In this document: in pieces, positions 22,523-34,089 of the stretch
Layout of the letters: every line of letters begins with the position of its first letter
Numbering within the stretch: position 1 is the stretch's first letter
Source: Octopus bimaculoides
Taxonomy: Eukaryota
Direction of reading: 5' to 3'
DNA length: 36,192 nt
Assembly (NCBI RefSeq): GCF_001194135.2
Contig: NC_069004.1
Span: forward strand, 18,285,269 to 18,321,460
The notes under the pieces: generated by a model
What the model was told of the DNA's origin: nothing
Databases searched by the model: none
What the model saw: the letters and a program-made list of their open reading frames with translations, nothing else
Made by a program: the position numbers and the translations under genes

Positions 22523-22703
22523 GATAAAGTGTAGTATATTGCCACTTAAGTGTGGCTGACCCCTAGGGGTGGATGTTACTGTTGCTTTTAGCCCCAGGAG
22601 GACATCTCCTCCAGCTGGCTTATCGACACACGACTGTGTCCTGTTTGCCAAGGGAAGTTATCCCTCTCCCTCTCACTTAAGTGGCAATATACTACACTTT
22701 ATC
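22523..22703. mobile_element. 181-bp element with perfect 30-bp inverted repeats (MITE-like or fold-back insertion)
   Basis: GATAAAGTGTAGTATATTGCCACTTAAGTG at 22523-22552 and its exact reverse complement at 22674-22703. Confidence 0.8.
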
Positions 22704-22748
22704 GTGCAGTTACTGTTAATACTTCATTTAGAGAATTAACATATATAA

Positions 22749-22819
<71 letters not shown>

Positions 22820-23634
22820 TTATATTTTATAATTTTTGTATATGTGTGTTAGTGTGTATATCGAGTTACCACCGACAACCCATTGGTTGATCAAGCCATA
22901 CTAATTACTACTTGATCTGCAACCTGATCCGCATCTGACATGCTTTCTAGGAAAAGAGAGTGGCTTTTGTCCAGCACAAGCAAATTGCAAATTCTACTTT
23001 GAATAAACTCATAGTGCAGGTCGCTCATTAACAACATGAAGACAGACCAAAACTTACAGCGATGAAGTGACAGAGACAGGAACAAGTGGAGAAAGTCACA
23101 ACAAGTCTATAACTTGAGCTTTGCACGTATGGTGGTAAGAAGTAGATGACTGTTTTGTGAAACCCATGTAAGCAATTTCACAGTTCGTATCCTCTTCTTA
23201 ACTACAAAGCAGCCTATTTAGGGTTGCGCTGCTTTCCCTTATGTGAGGATGGGGCAGGAAAAGGTGACCTAAAAATTGCTTGCTGACACACTCTTGTTAT
23301 TATACTGCGAATGACTGAACTTTCAACCATGAAACCGAAAAAATATACGACAAAGGGAAAAGTGTAGTGAAGCAGATCATCAAAGAGCAGCTGGAAACGT
23401 TTGCACATTTCAGGAGCACAAGAAGAATCCTGAGCACAAGACAGCACTTACAGCTTGGTTTCTGAGAAGTGAAAATGTTAGTAATAATTATCTTTCGGAG
23501 ACAAAGCCACCAGATTCTGGTCAGCTGAATAAAGTAGTTGGAGGGTACATTTTCTTCTGGATTAGTAAAAAAAGGGGGAAAAAAAGAATCTGATGTGGGT
23601 TTCGCTATTGGTGATGATATTGTACACCCTGGGT

Positions 23635-24933
23635 ATCAGAAGAGGAATTTTCCAGGGTGATAGCCTATCGCCATTGCTTTTTGTTCTCTGCATGATACCT
23701 CTGGCCTTGGTACTTAGAAAATTAACTTTGAGCACCAACTAAAGGAAAACATTTCCGAAGAATAAGGTTGGTGTTACGTTCAAAATTTACTGGATGGAAT
23801 AAAATCCAAGCAGTTAATACGTCGGCGATAGCATCACTTCGGTATGGAGCGAGAATTATAAAATGGCAAAAGAGAGAAATGAAGAAAATTGATACCAAAA
23901 CTAGAAAAACGTTTACAGTGCACGGAGCCTTCCACCCTAAGAGTGACACCGATAGCCTGTGCTTGTCCAGAAGAAAGGGTGGGAGAGGTTTGATCAGTTG
24001 CCAGGAGTGTATCGAAGCAGAGGGTGTTATATAAAAAATGCCGTCATCAACACTGAAAATTGTGTAAATAAAGAAAGATTTAAACAAGAAATGAACAAAA
24101 AAAAAAGAAAAAGGCATGGAAGAAAAAATGCATGGTCAGGGATGTGAACGCGAAGACAGATACAGAGGACCGGTGGCTATAGATGAGGAAGAGTGACCTA
24201 AAGATAGAGACAGAAGGACTCTTATGTACAGCTCAGGAACAAGCGTTAAGGACCAACTATGTGAAGTGCAGAATAGACAACACTATCGATAGCGACAAAT
24301 GCAGAATGCGTGACGAGAGGGGTGAAATGGTATGGCACATCGTTAGCGAATGCCCGAAATTGGCACCACGCGAATACAAAAGGCACCATGACAATGTGGC
24401 AAGAATGATTCATTGGGAGCTCTGCAGAAATCACGGCCTACAAAGAGCAAAGACGTGGTATGAGCAAACGCCAAAAGGAGTCATCGAAAATGAGAATTGC
24501 AAAATCCTGTAGGATGCAATGATCCAGTGCAATCACCCGACCAGACATAAGAAACCGGACATTGTGGTGAATAAAAAAGAAATACGTATGATAGTCGACA
24601 TAGCATGCCCCGATGAAAGAAGAAGAAAAAATAAACAACTATGACGATTTGAAGTGAGAAATACGAAGGTTGCGGTCAATGAGGAGAATAGATGTGATAC
24701 CAACAGTAATTGGTGCACTTGGAAGTATCAGCACTCAGCTACCAACAGGGCTAACAAAAGATCGGTGCAAGTGTAGAGGTAGAACACCTACAAAAATCAG
24801 CCATGCTTGGAACTGCAAGAATTCTTCACAGAGTTTTTGAAGCATGACCAGTAAACAAGAGTCACCTTAGTCTGCTGGCTGTGGACAACTGACACTTTCC
24901 ATCATACCCAGCAAAATAAGCTGTGAGTTTTCA
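23635..24933 (+). mobile_element. R4/Dong-clade non-LTR retrotransposon (RLE endonuclease), decayed 3' part
   Basis: RT motif IRRGIFQGDSLSPLLF (23635-), HPKSDTDSLCLSRRKGGRGL, decayed CCHC knuckle (KCRM..E..WHIVSECP), RHHDNVA, PD-(D/E)xK region KPDIVV...IVDIACP, terminal LQKSAMLGTARIL with stop at 24845-24847, then a 3' UTR and (TAA)n. Confidence 0.88.
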
Positions 24934-24963
24934 TATAATAATGATGATAATAATAATAATAAC

Positions 24964-25027
<64 letters not shown>

Positions 25028-25037
25028 GTAATAACAA

Positions 25038-25104
<67 letters not shown>

Positions 25105-25146
25105 AATAATAATAATGATGATGATGATGATAATAATACTAATATA
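24934..25146. repeat. (TAA)n/(CAA)n/(TGA)n compound microsatellite
   Basis: Direct reading. Confidence 0.95.
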
Positions 25147-25639
25147 TTCCCTGTTGCAGTACCAAGCACTAGCTCTCGTGGCTTCTGATCTTAACTAATT
25201 GGAAGTGTTATCATGTACTTGATTTGTCTTAGCATAAAAGATGAGCTACAGCAAGTATTCTGCTCAAAACCAAAGATTTGTTTGTTAGTTGTTTGACCTT
25301 AACCAGTCGGCTGACAATATGCGCATCGCTGATCACGAGCAGTAGTCGGGGAGCATCATAGCCATGTGTTGAGAGGAATTCTTTGGAGTTTGAATAATTC
25401 ACCTCTGGAAACACGGATGTTTCGTTCATAATCCTTAAACAAACCTAATTCAGAGTCCTTTTGAGCGGGATGGGCTACTCGACCTGAAGAAAATTCTAAC
25501 TGCCCACTTACAAGTTCATGTGTCGTTGTGATGCATGTGCCTGATGTACCCTTATCAGACGGGTAGTCATGATGTGTATAATGGGCTTCGTATATTTTAC
25601 CCCAGTGTCACTTTGATGGCATGCACTGCTCCCTCACTC
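25147..25639. mobile_element. Non-coding interspersed element X, copy 1, flanked by (TAA)n on both sides
   Basis: 57/62 identity between 25156-25217 and 25742-25803; shared 3' end GTGTCACTTTGATG(G/A)CAT..CACT.CTC.CTCA.TC. No A/B box or ORF seen. Confidence 0.8.
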
Positions 25640-25655
25640 AATAATAATAATAATG

Positions 25656-25732
<77 letters not shown>

Positions 25733-25733
<1 letters not shown>

Positions 25734-26095
25734 GCCTTGATGCAGTACCAGGCAGTGGCTCTCATGGCTTCTGATCTTAACTGATTGGAAGTGTTATCAT
25801 GTATATTGTTTTGTCTTGGTATAGAAGATGGGCTACAGGAAATATTCTACTCAATACCACAGAATTGCTTGTCGGTTGCTTGATCTTAACCAGTTAAGCT
25901 GACGATAAGCGCATCTCTGATCACGAGCAAAGTCATGCGCTATTTATCTTGGTATGAGATCACTATGTCGCGCTCATATGGTTGTGATGCATGTACCTGG
26001 TGTACCCTTACCAGGCGTGTAGTCATGATGGGTATACTGGGATACGTATATTTTACCCGAGTGTCACTTTGATGACATTCACTACTCTCTCATTC
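25733..26095. mobile_element. Non-coding interspersed element X, copy 2 (internally deleted)
   Basis: Collinear with copy 1 but lacks about 170 bp (25342-25511 of copy 1); flanked by (TAA)n. Confidence 0.8.
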
Positions 26096-26112
26096 AATAA
26101 TAATAAAAATAA

Positions 26113-26320
26113 CCCTTTCTACTAAAGGCACAAGGCCTGAAATTTGGGGCAAGGAGACTAGTCGATTACACCGACACCAGTGTTTCACTGGTACTTATTT
26201 TATTGACCCCGAAAGGATGAAAGCTAAGTCGACCTCGGCGGAATTTGAACTCAGAACGTGAAGACCGACGAAATGCTGCAAAGCATTTCGCCTGGTGCGC
26301 TAACGATTCTGGCAGCTCAC
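26113..26320 (-). mobile_element. SINE family B, full length, with (ATT)n tail
   Basis: Minus strand GTGAGCTGCCAGAATCGTTAGCG...GAGTTCAAATTCCGCCGAGG...GGCCTTGTGCCTTTAGTAGAAAGGG then ATT repeats. Confidence 0.88.
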
Positions 26321-26343
26321 AATAATACTACTACTACTACTAC

Positions 26344-26379
<36 letters not shown>

Positions 26380-26396
26380 TGATCATAATAATAATG

Positions 26397-26457
<61 letters not shown>

Positions 26458-27166
26458 CAACAACAACAACAATAATAATAATAATGATAATAATAATAAC
26501 AACAATAATAATAATATCGATAATGAAAACAATAACAAATGAGATTAAGAATAACNNNNNNNNNNNNNNNNNNNNNNNNNNNNNNNNNNNNNNNNNNNNN
26601 NNNNNNNNNNNNNNNNNNNNNNNNNNNNNNNNNNNNNNNNNNNNNNNNNNNNNNNNNNNNNNNNNNNNNNNNNNNNNNNNNNNNNNNNNNNNNNNNNNNN
26701 NNNNNNNNNNNNNNNNNNNNNNNNNNNNNNNNNNNNNNNNNNNNNNNNNNNNNNNNNNNNNNNNNNNNNNNNNNNNNNNNNNNNNNNNNNNNNNNNNNNN
26801 NNNNNNNNNNNNNNNNNNNNNNNNNNNNNNNNNNNNNNNNNNNNNNNNNNNNNNNNNNNNNNNNNNNNNNNNNNNNNNNNNNNNNNNNNNNNNNNNNNNN
26901 NNNNNNNNNNNNNNNNNNNNNNNNNNNNNNNNNNNNNNNNNNNNNNNNNNNNNNNNNNNNNNNNNNNNNNNNNNNNNNNNNNNNNNNNNNNNNNNNNNNN
27001 NNNNNNNNNNNNNNNNNNNNNNNNNNNNNNNNNNNNNNNNNNNNNNNNNNNNNNNNNNNNNNNNNNNNNNNNNNNNNNNNNNNNNNNNNNNNNNNNNNNN
27101 NNNNNNNNNNNNNNNNNNNNNNNNNNNNNNNNNNNNNNNNNNNNNNNNNNNNNNNNNNNNNNNNNN

Positions 27167-27240
<74 letters not shown>

Positions 27241-27257
27241 CGATGGTGATGATGATG

Positions 27258-27318
<61 letters not shown>

Positions 27319-27415
27319 CAACAACAACAACAATAATAATAATAATGATAATAATAATAACAACAATAATAATAATATCGATAATGAAAACAATAACAAA
27401 TGAGATTAAGAATAA
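26321..27415. repeat. (TAA)n/(CAA)n tract spanning a gap; about 100 bp duplicated on both sides of the gap
   Basis: ...ATATCGATAATGAAAACAATAACAAATGAGATTAAGAATAAC ends at 26555 and again at 27415. Confidence 0.9.
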
Positions 27416-27738
27416 CATTGCGAGCTAATTCTAAAGACAGCTATTTACAAAGTTGTGGCCAGTTTATAATCTCTCTACGTCTGTTATCAGTCTTTAAATC
27501 TGTGTATGTCTCCGTGCAGACTTACATACATACATGTGTGTGTGTGTACATAAATGTATGTATGTATGTATGTATGTACGTACGTATGTATGTATGTATG
27601 TATGTATGTATAATATTGCTCTCAGCAAGAACACAGAATATATGTGCCAAGCTTTCGTCTCCTCGGATTCAGATCGACCTTTGTCAAAATCTCTGACTGT
27701 GGTGCCACTTTAGATATCATGTTCTCTCGAGCTTAAAG

Positions 27739-27770
<32 letters not shown>

Positions 27771-28415
27771 ACACACACACACAGACACGTGTGTGTGTGT
27801 GTACTGCATTGGTTCCAGTTCTGACTTCCATCCATGGCAATATTTACATTAAACCTGTACGCAAAGAGATTTGCAACTGTCGAAATTCAAGGAATTATCA
27901 TCAGAGTATCAGACATTGTTTGACAGACAGCTGTGAGTTGTATGTGTTACTCATCAAATATGACCTTAAATGCATAGAATACAGATTTCAATATCAGGCA
28001 AATTTCAAAGTCCGGTTCTATTTACATATTATTATTAGCGTGCTTTAGGTTAATTAAAATATGTCTGTGACATATTTCAACTTCTGAAGGCAAATTCACT
28101 GCAGTTACCATGGAGAAAAGAATTCTCTTTTATGGTAAAAATGGTGTAAAAAAACACACATCTGTCCAGTAGTTAGCCCTGTCGGATTCCTAGACGCGTT
28201 TCTAGTTCTTTGGTCGTTATCAATGAGAAATACTGAAGAGAGGCAACTCTAGACTGGACAGACTTAGTTAAAGCCGTAGCTCAAACTAAAACACCAGTTA
28301 TTGACTGTATTTTGGCTTTCGATCGCCAGGTCGGAAAAATTCCCCAATATCACCGTTAAGCTGATACTGGTGAATTTGTTGAATGAGCTGGGATTACACA
28401 CACACACACACACAC

Positions 28416-28457
<42 letters not shown>

Positions 28458-29176
28458 NNNNNNNNNNNNNNNNNNNNNNNNNNNNNNNNNNNNNNNNNNN
28501 NNNNNNNNNNNNNNNNNNNNNNNNNNNNNNNNNNNNNNNNNNNNNNNNNNNNNNNNNNNNNNNNNNNNNNNNNNNNNNNNNNNNNNNNNNNNNNNNNNNN
28601 NNNNNNNNNNNNNNNNNNNNNNNNNNNNNNNNNNNNNNNNNNNNNNNNNNNNNNNNNNNNNNNNNNNNNNNNNNNNNNNNNNNNNNNNNNNNNNNNNNNN
28701 NNNNNNNNNNNNNNNNNNNNNNNNNNNNNNNNNNNNNNNNNNNNNNNNNNNNNNNNNNNNNNNNNNNNNNNNNNNNNNNNNNNNNNNNNNNNNNNNNNNN
28801 NNNNNNNNNNNNNNNNNNNNNNNNNNNNNNNNNNNNNNNNNNNNNNNNNNNNNNNNNNNNNNNNNNNNNNNNNNNNNNNNNNNNNNNNNNNNNNNNNNNN
28901 NNNNNNNNNNNNNNNNNNNNNNNNNNNNNNNNNNNNNNNNNNNNNNNNNNNNNNNNNNNNNNNNNNNNNNNNNNNNNNNNNNNNNNNNNNNNNNNNNNNN
29001 NNNNNNNNNNNNNNNNNNNNNNNNNNNNNNNNNNNTATATATATATATGTATGTATGTATGTATATATGTGTATATATATATATATAACTGCACGTGGGA
29101 TGTTGGTGATTTTTCCTTATTTTTCCTTCTCTCTGGCCTTGTGTCTATAGAAGAAAGGATTATTACTGTTTCGAAT

Positions 29177-29401
29177 GTAAACTGGTAGAATTGTTACAGC
29201 GCCGGATACAATGCTTAGCGGAATTTCTTTCAGCTCTTTACGTTTTGTGTTCAAACCCCACCGAGGTCGAGTTTATCTTTCATCCTTTCGAGGTTGATAA
29301 AGTTAAAGTACCACCCCAAGTACTGGCATCCACGTAATCGGATAACACCCACGTTTCGGCAAACTGCTAGCCTTTGTCCTAAAATTAGAAAGGTCATTAT
29401 T
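29177..29401 (+). mobile_element. SINE family B, preceded by another family-B 3' end at about 29130-29165
   Basis: CTGGTAGAATTGTTACAGCG..., GTGTTCAAACCCCACCGAGGTCGA, TCATCCTTTCG, end CCTTTGTCCTAAAATTAGAAAGG. Upstream TGGCCTTGTGTCTATAGAAGAAAGGATTATT. Confidence 0.75.
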
Positions 29402-29769
29402 CTTTCGGTACAGCACGAGAAGCGATTAAGCAGATAAGCTTAAAGATTGTCAACTTGATTACCGGAAAGAGATTCACATTGGGCGAAACACGTTACTTCA
29501 TCTAAGTGGGAAGAGTGAGCATTAAAACTGATAGAACTCTCGATCAATGTCAAGTAATCGCAGTAGCATAAGCAAGTCAGTGATTCAACCCAAAACTTTC
29601 AGACACAAACATAACGTCGAGTTAGCAGAGTCCTAACTTTACCCTCACTTTATTCTTATAGAGACATTGATCGTTCATGTCTCTGAAGACGACCGGTGTA
29701 GAAGCTTTACACTTTTCGGGTTGTGAGGTAGCTTATTGGCATAAAATCCGCGGTAATAAGATAGAAGGC

Positions 29770-30236
29770 ATTTCATTCAAAGAAAAATATGCTGCAAGCG
29801 AAGTTATACGATGTCATCCGTGCCAGACCTTCCAATAGGAGCGTCCTACCAGCTCTCTTATATGTAAGTGAAATGTGCGCTACTACGAAGAGGAAAGAAC
29901 ATCGACTGGCTACGATGCAAAGGGCCATGGAAAGATCCCGGCTAGGAACATTATTAAGAGAGCACATTCGAAATGAGATAGTTCGAGAACGGACTGGAGT
30001 GAACGATATAATCGCGGAGGACCATAAGTACACATTTGGCCGGACATGTCACAAGGTCCACGGACAACAATTAGAGACGTGCAGCGGCTGAATAGTACCC
30101 AAGAGATCGGAAAAGACGATTTAGTTAAGTAATTTGGGTCCAAATAGAAAGGGATGGTGCAATCAAGGCAAAGTTGGAAGCACATTATGATCCGCGGTGT
30201 AAAACAGCATCTGGTGATGTGGTCGATACTGTGATA
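29770..30236 (+). mobile_element. RTE-clade LINE 3' fragment (decayed RT C-terminus)
   Basis: SVLPALLYVSE...QRAMERSRLGTLLREHIRNEIVRERTGVNDII, then in another frame AGHVTRSTDN..(W)YPRDRKR, typical of RTE C-termini. Confidence 0.85.
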
Positions 30237-30244
30237 TATCTATA

Positions 30245-30350
30245 CATATATATATGAGACAGGCTTCTTTCAGTTTCCATCTACCATCCACTTGCAAGGC
30301 TTTGGTCGATCAGAGTGCTACGCAGGTGGACTGAACCCAAGACCAAATGG
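30245..30350 (-). mobile_element. SINE family A head fragment (internally deleted)
   Basis: GGCTTCTTTCAGTTTCCATCTACCATCCACTTGCAAGGCTTTGGTCG...GGACTGAACCC. Confidence 0.6.
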
Positions 30351-31772
30351 CAGAGTAGTGTCAGTTAGTAGATCCATCAATAAGGACGGGTCTACTAACT
30401 GACACTATCTTTTACTATGGATCTCTTTAATCTTTTGATCATGGAACTACCAACCAATATCGTCTTTTACATTGGACACTCTTTAATCCCTCAACGAACT
30501 GGTAACTAATAATATACTGAGTTAAGGATATTCCTTATTTCTCCCTCTCTCTCCGATAACGGAATACCTTGCGAACGTGGAAATCTTTATTCAATAATAT
30601 AAAACCCACATGATTAGCTATTCTAGAAACAGCTGTAAGAGACTTTAGCGATTTACGATGAATACTCCGCACTCTGTTTAAAGTATAAATTAAATGCTCT
30701 AAAGCGATACCATATGTTTCACTTGTTCATTCTCTGTTTTTAATATATATATCTACCCGCTCAAGGACGAACCACCTCTAGCCATCTTTGACAGGGAGAT
30801 TCAACACTACCTTTTATTAGTTGTGCTTCCATTACTTGCATTTTACTGATAAACCAAAATGAACACTTGAAGTACATACCGATTACTTTCAGCCATCAGA
30901 CGTAAACTCTTTGTGTGTGGTGGGGTGGGGCAGGCATAACACAATTTTCGTCGTTTCGAGTTACATATTTTTTCTAAAGGAATATATTCAAAAGCATAAA
31001 CATTTAAATGAATAAAAAAGACAAGAAAACCAATACGGAGGTGGAAAATCAAATGAAATACACATGAAAATATGTACAAAACTATTAATACGTATGTTTT
31101 CAAAAATGTTTTCGTGTTACGTCGTTTTTAGTGTTACGCATGTCTTCGAAGCAATTATGGACGTAAGTTGAGATATGCTTGAAAGAGAGAGAGGCGGGGG
31201 AGAAAGAGAGAGAGAGGGGAGGGGAAGAGGGAGAGTAGCGTGAGGAAAGCAGAGAGGGAGAGAGAGACGACTGGAAGTCCAAATGCAACTGATACGAATT
31301 TATGATTTTCCTTTGATAAACAGGACCGATTCCTACGAAATTAATGACGTCTTTGTAAGAACAATAAATTTGAACGCTGGAATTTCTTCCACTTGTTTAT
31401 TTTATAACTTTGTATGGAGCTCTTTGTTGAGTTTTAGTCATATCAGACGTTTGTTTGAAAGCATTTATTTATGTGTGTGTGTGTCGTACTGGAGTGTATG
31501 TACGAGAGGGGACAGGAGAGCGGCGTTGTTGGCGGCGGTGGCGAAGGTAAATTAACCAATTTATTAAATGATCCAACCAAGAAGATGGATATTTGAGTGG
31601 CAGGGATAACTTATCGACACTTTGATGTATTATATGATGTGTAATTGGATTTATTATTCGGCGTTATGTAGTGGCCTGCCAACATATATNNNNNNNNNNN
31701 NNNNNNNNNNNNNNNNNNNNNNNNNNNNNNNNNNNNNNNNNNNNNNNNNNNNNNNNNNNNNNNNNNNNNNTA

Positions 31773-31817
<45 letters not shown>

Positions 31818-32019
31818 ATATATACATATATATATATATATGTGTGTATGTATGTATATATATATATTTATATATACGCATACATACGTACATACATATA
31901 TATATATATACATACATACGTACATACACACACTCATATATATATAAATGTTTAATATCTTGTAAATGCATGCACGTGTGTGTATGTATGTGTGTGTGTG
32001 TGTGTGTGGCTGCGTTTGT

Positions 32020-32055
<36 letters not shown>

Positions 32056-32204
32056 ATAACAACAACAATTTTATTCTTGTCAAGATAGAAAGTAGAATTA
32101 TGGTCGCTGGACCTGCTAGAAGTAACCATGAAATATACATCAAATAATATTCTAACGTTTAAGTTAGAGGATAGCAAATATAGTGTTTACATGTAAATAA
32201 ATGG

Positions 32205-32247
<43 letters not shown>

Positions 32248-33024
32248 ATATATATATGTATGTATATATATGTGTATATATATATGTATATATATATATA
32301 TATANNNNNNNNNNNNNNNNNNNNNNNNNNNNNNNNNNNNNNNNNNNNNNNNNNNNNNNNNNNNNNNNNNNNNNNNNNNNNNNNNNNNNNNNNNNNNNNN
32401 NNNNNNNNNNNNNNNNNNNNNNNNNNNNNNNNNNNNNNNNNNNNNNNNNNNNNNNNNNNNNNNNNNNNNNNNNNNNNNNNNNNNNNNNNNNNNNNNNNNN
32501 NNNNNNNNNNNNNNNNNNNNNNNNNNNNNNNNNNTATATATACATATATATACATATATATATACATATATATATATATGCACACACACAGACATATATA
32601 TGTGTGTATGCATATATATGTATATCCGTTTAGTGCTGGTTGTCGGAAGAAAGAGTACTCAATGCCATCGTAAACATTAATGATATTTCATCTTGCTACT
32701 CTAAGTTTCACCTGTGGGTGCACGGGGATCTTTTAGACAAGTTATGACTTGTAACTTGCCTGAAGAACCAGTGCACCCATGCACCTTTATAAAACATACA
32801 GACATACGCACACATATATACATACATTCACACACACACACACACGCACACGCACACACACAGAGCAGATGATTGATGTACAACTCCTTGTTGGATAACC
32901 TGCTCAGATGCTTTGTTTATAGCGATCAAATGCTCCTGCTCTAGAGAAACTCACTCCTTCCAGCAAATCGATGTTGCCAGAACAGGTCCATGGTGTACCC
33001 CACATCAGGTGTCGAAGTCATCAC

Positions 33025-33110
33025 AGAATAACGTAAGATGAAGCATTTTACTCCAGAGCACAACTCACCACTCGGCCTGGGAGTTGTCGTCATCGTGTAT
33101 CGTACCCTTT
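33025..33110 (-). mobile_element. Highly degenerate family C-like SINE head
   Basis: AACGTAAGATGAAGCATTTTACTCCAGAGCACAAC resembles the reverse complement of 4185-4222. Confidence 0.4.
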
Positions 33111-33510
33111 TGCAGCCCGTTAGTGACACTACATCGAAAGTGTTCCCGATTAAGCGCAAGTTCTCTCATCAGATACTGCATTAGCGTTATTTCATTCTGA
33201 TATTTTCGTAGTGTTTTCTTGGTATGCCCTCCCTAAGGTCTTCGACAGGCTTTAGTCCTGCTGAACGTCCAGAGACCCTCCTCGCAAGAGTATCAAGCTA
33301 CTCAAGTGGGGGAGCCAGTTTAGCCGCCAACCACTCAACCATGAAACAAGTAATACTGCTTTACATGGTACAACCAGCAGGTTTCATCAGCATGTTATGA
33401 GGTCCCTGACCTGACTATAATCGGGAGTGCAATGCCAAAACTATGGGGTCACGCATCTTCACACACACACACATTTAGATCTATATGTGTAGGGGGAGTG
33501 TGAATGTGTT

Positions 33511-33580
<70 letters not shown>

Positions 33581-34089
33581 GAATTTTTGGATGACGTCAC
33601 ACTTTTGTTCTTTTAGTCTTTTGTGTTAGAAACCTCTATAGATAAAAAGTAGTTAAACCCGTAAATTATAGACACTGTTGGGTATACCACAGCGAGGTCG
33701 ACGAGCTTAAAACCAAATATGAAGTGAAATACTTCAAGATACGACTAAAAAGTTGGGATGGGGAAACTGCTACATGGAAATGAATATGAAAAGCTGGAAA
33801 ATATAAGTATCTAAGAATGAGTTACTTTAAGTTGTAGTGAAATCAGGTGTGTCATGTATAGGTTAAATTTGATGTTGTAAATAGAGAAAGTGTGATTGAT
33901 TTTGTTAAAGAGCAAAGTATTGATCTTGTCTGCTACATGGAAATGGGCTTCGAAAGATAAAGATTTGGAAATATTAAAGTGTGTTATAAGATATAGGAAC
34001 ATCAGTTATAGAAATTACTGGGTGAAGTGTTTTAAAGAAACGCAAAGACTGTGATTATATTTGGTAAACAGTTATGTAGTGGTCCATCT

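Noticed and set aside
23200-23634. Upstream extension of the R4 LINE ORF
   Set aside because: Only faint resemblance to pre-RT motifs, too degenerate to support without alignment.
28090-28134. 45-nt micro-exon with AG/GT boundaries
   Set aside because: All three frames are open and the splice sites are only moderate; expected by chance at this length.
28233-28254. CTGAAGA-GAG(GCAA)CTC hammerhead-like start; also CTGAAGA at about 29682 and minus-strand CTGATGA at about 33170 and 33388
   Set aside because: No GAAA after stem II and no stem I/III partners.
31170-31560. Promoter or first exon (GA-rich tract, GC-rich patch, AAG|GTAAAT donor)
   Set aside because: No diagnostic core-promoter evidence; GA tracts are ubiquitous in this window.
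2649-32680. Long ORFs of 200-370 aa in the supplied track
   Set aside because: They run through N gaps or microsatellites (poly-X, YIYI, CVCV, HTHT, poly-I/N/L) and carry no coding information.
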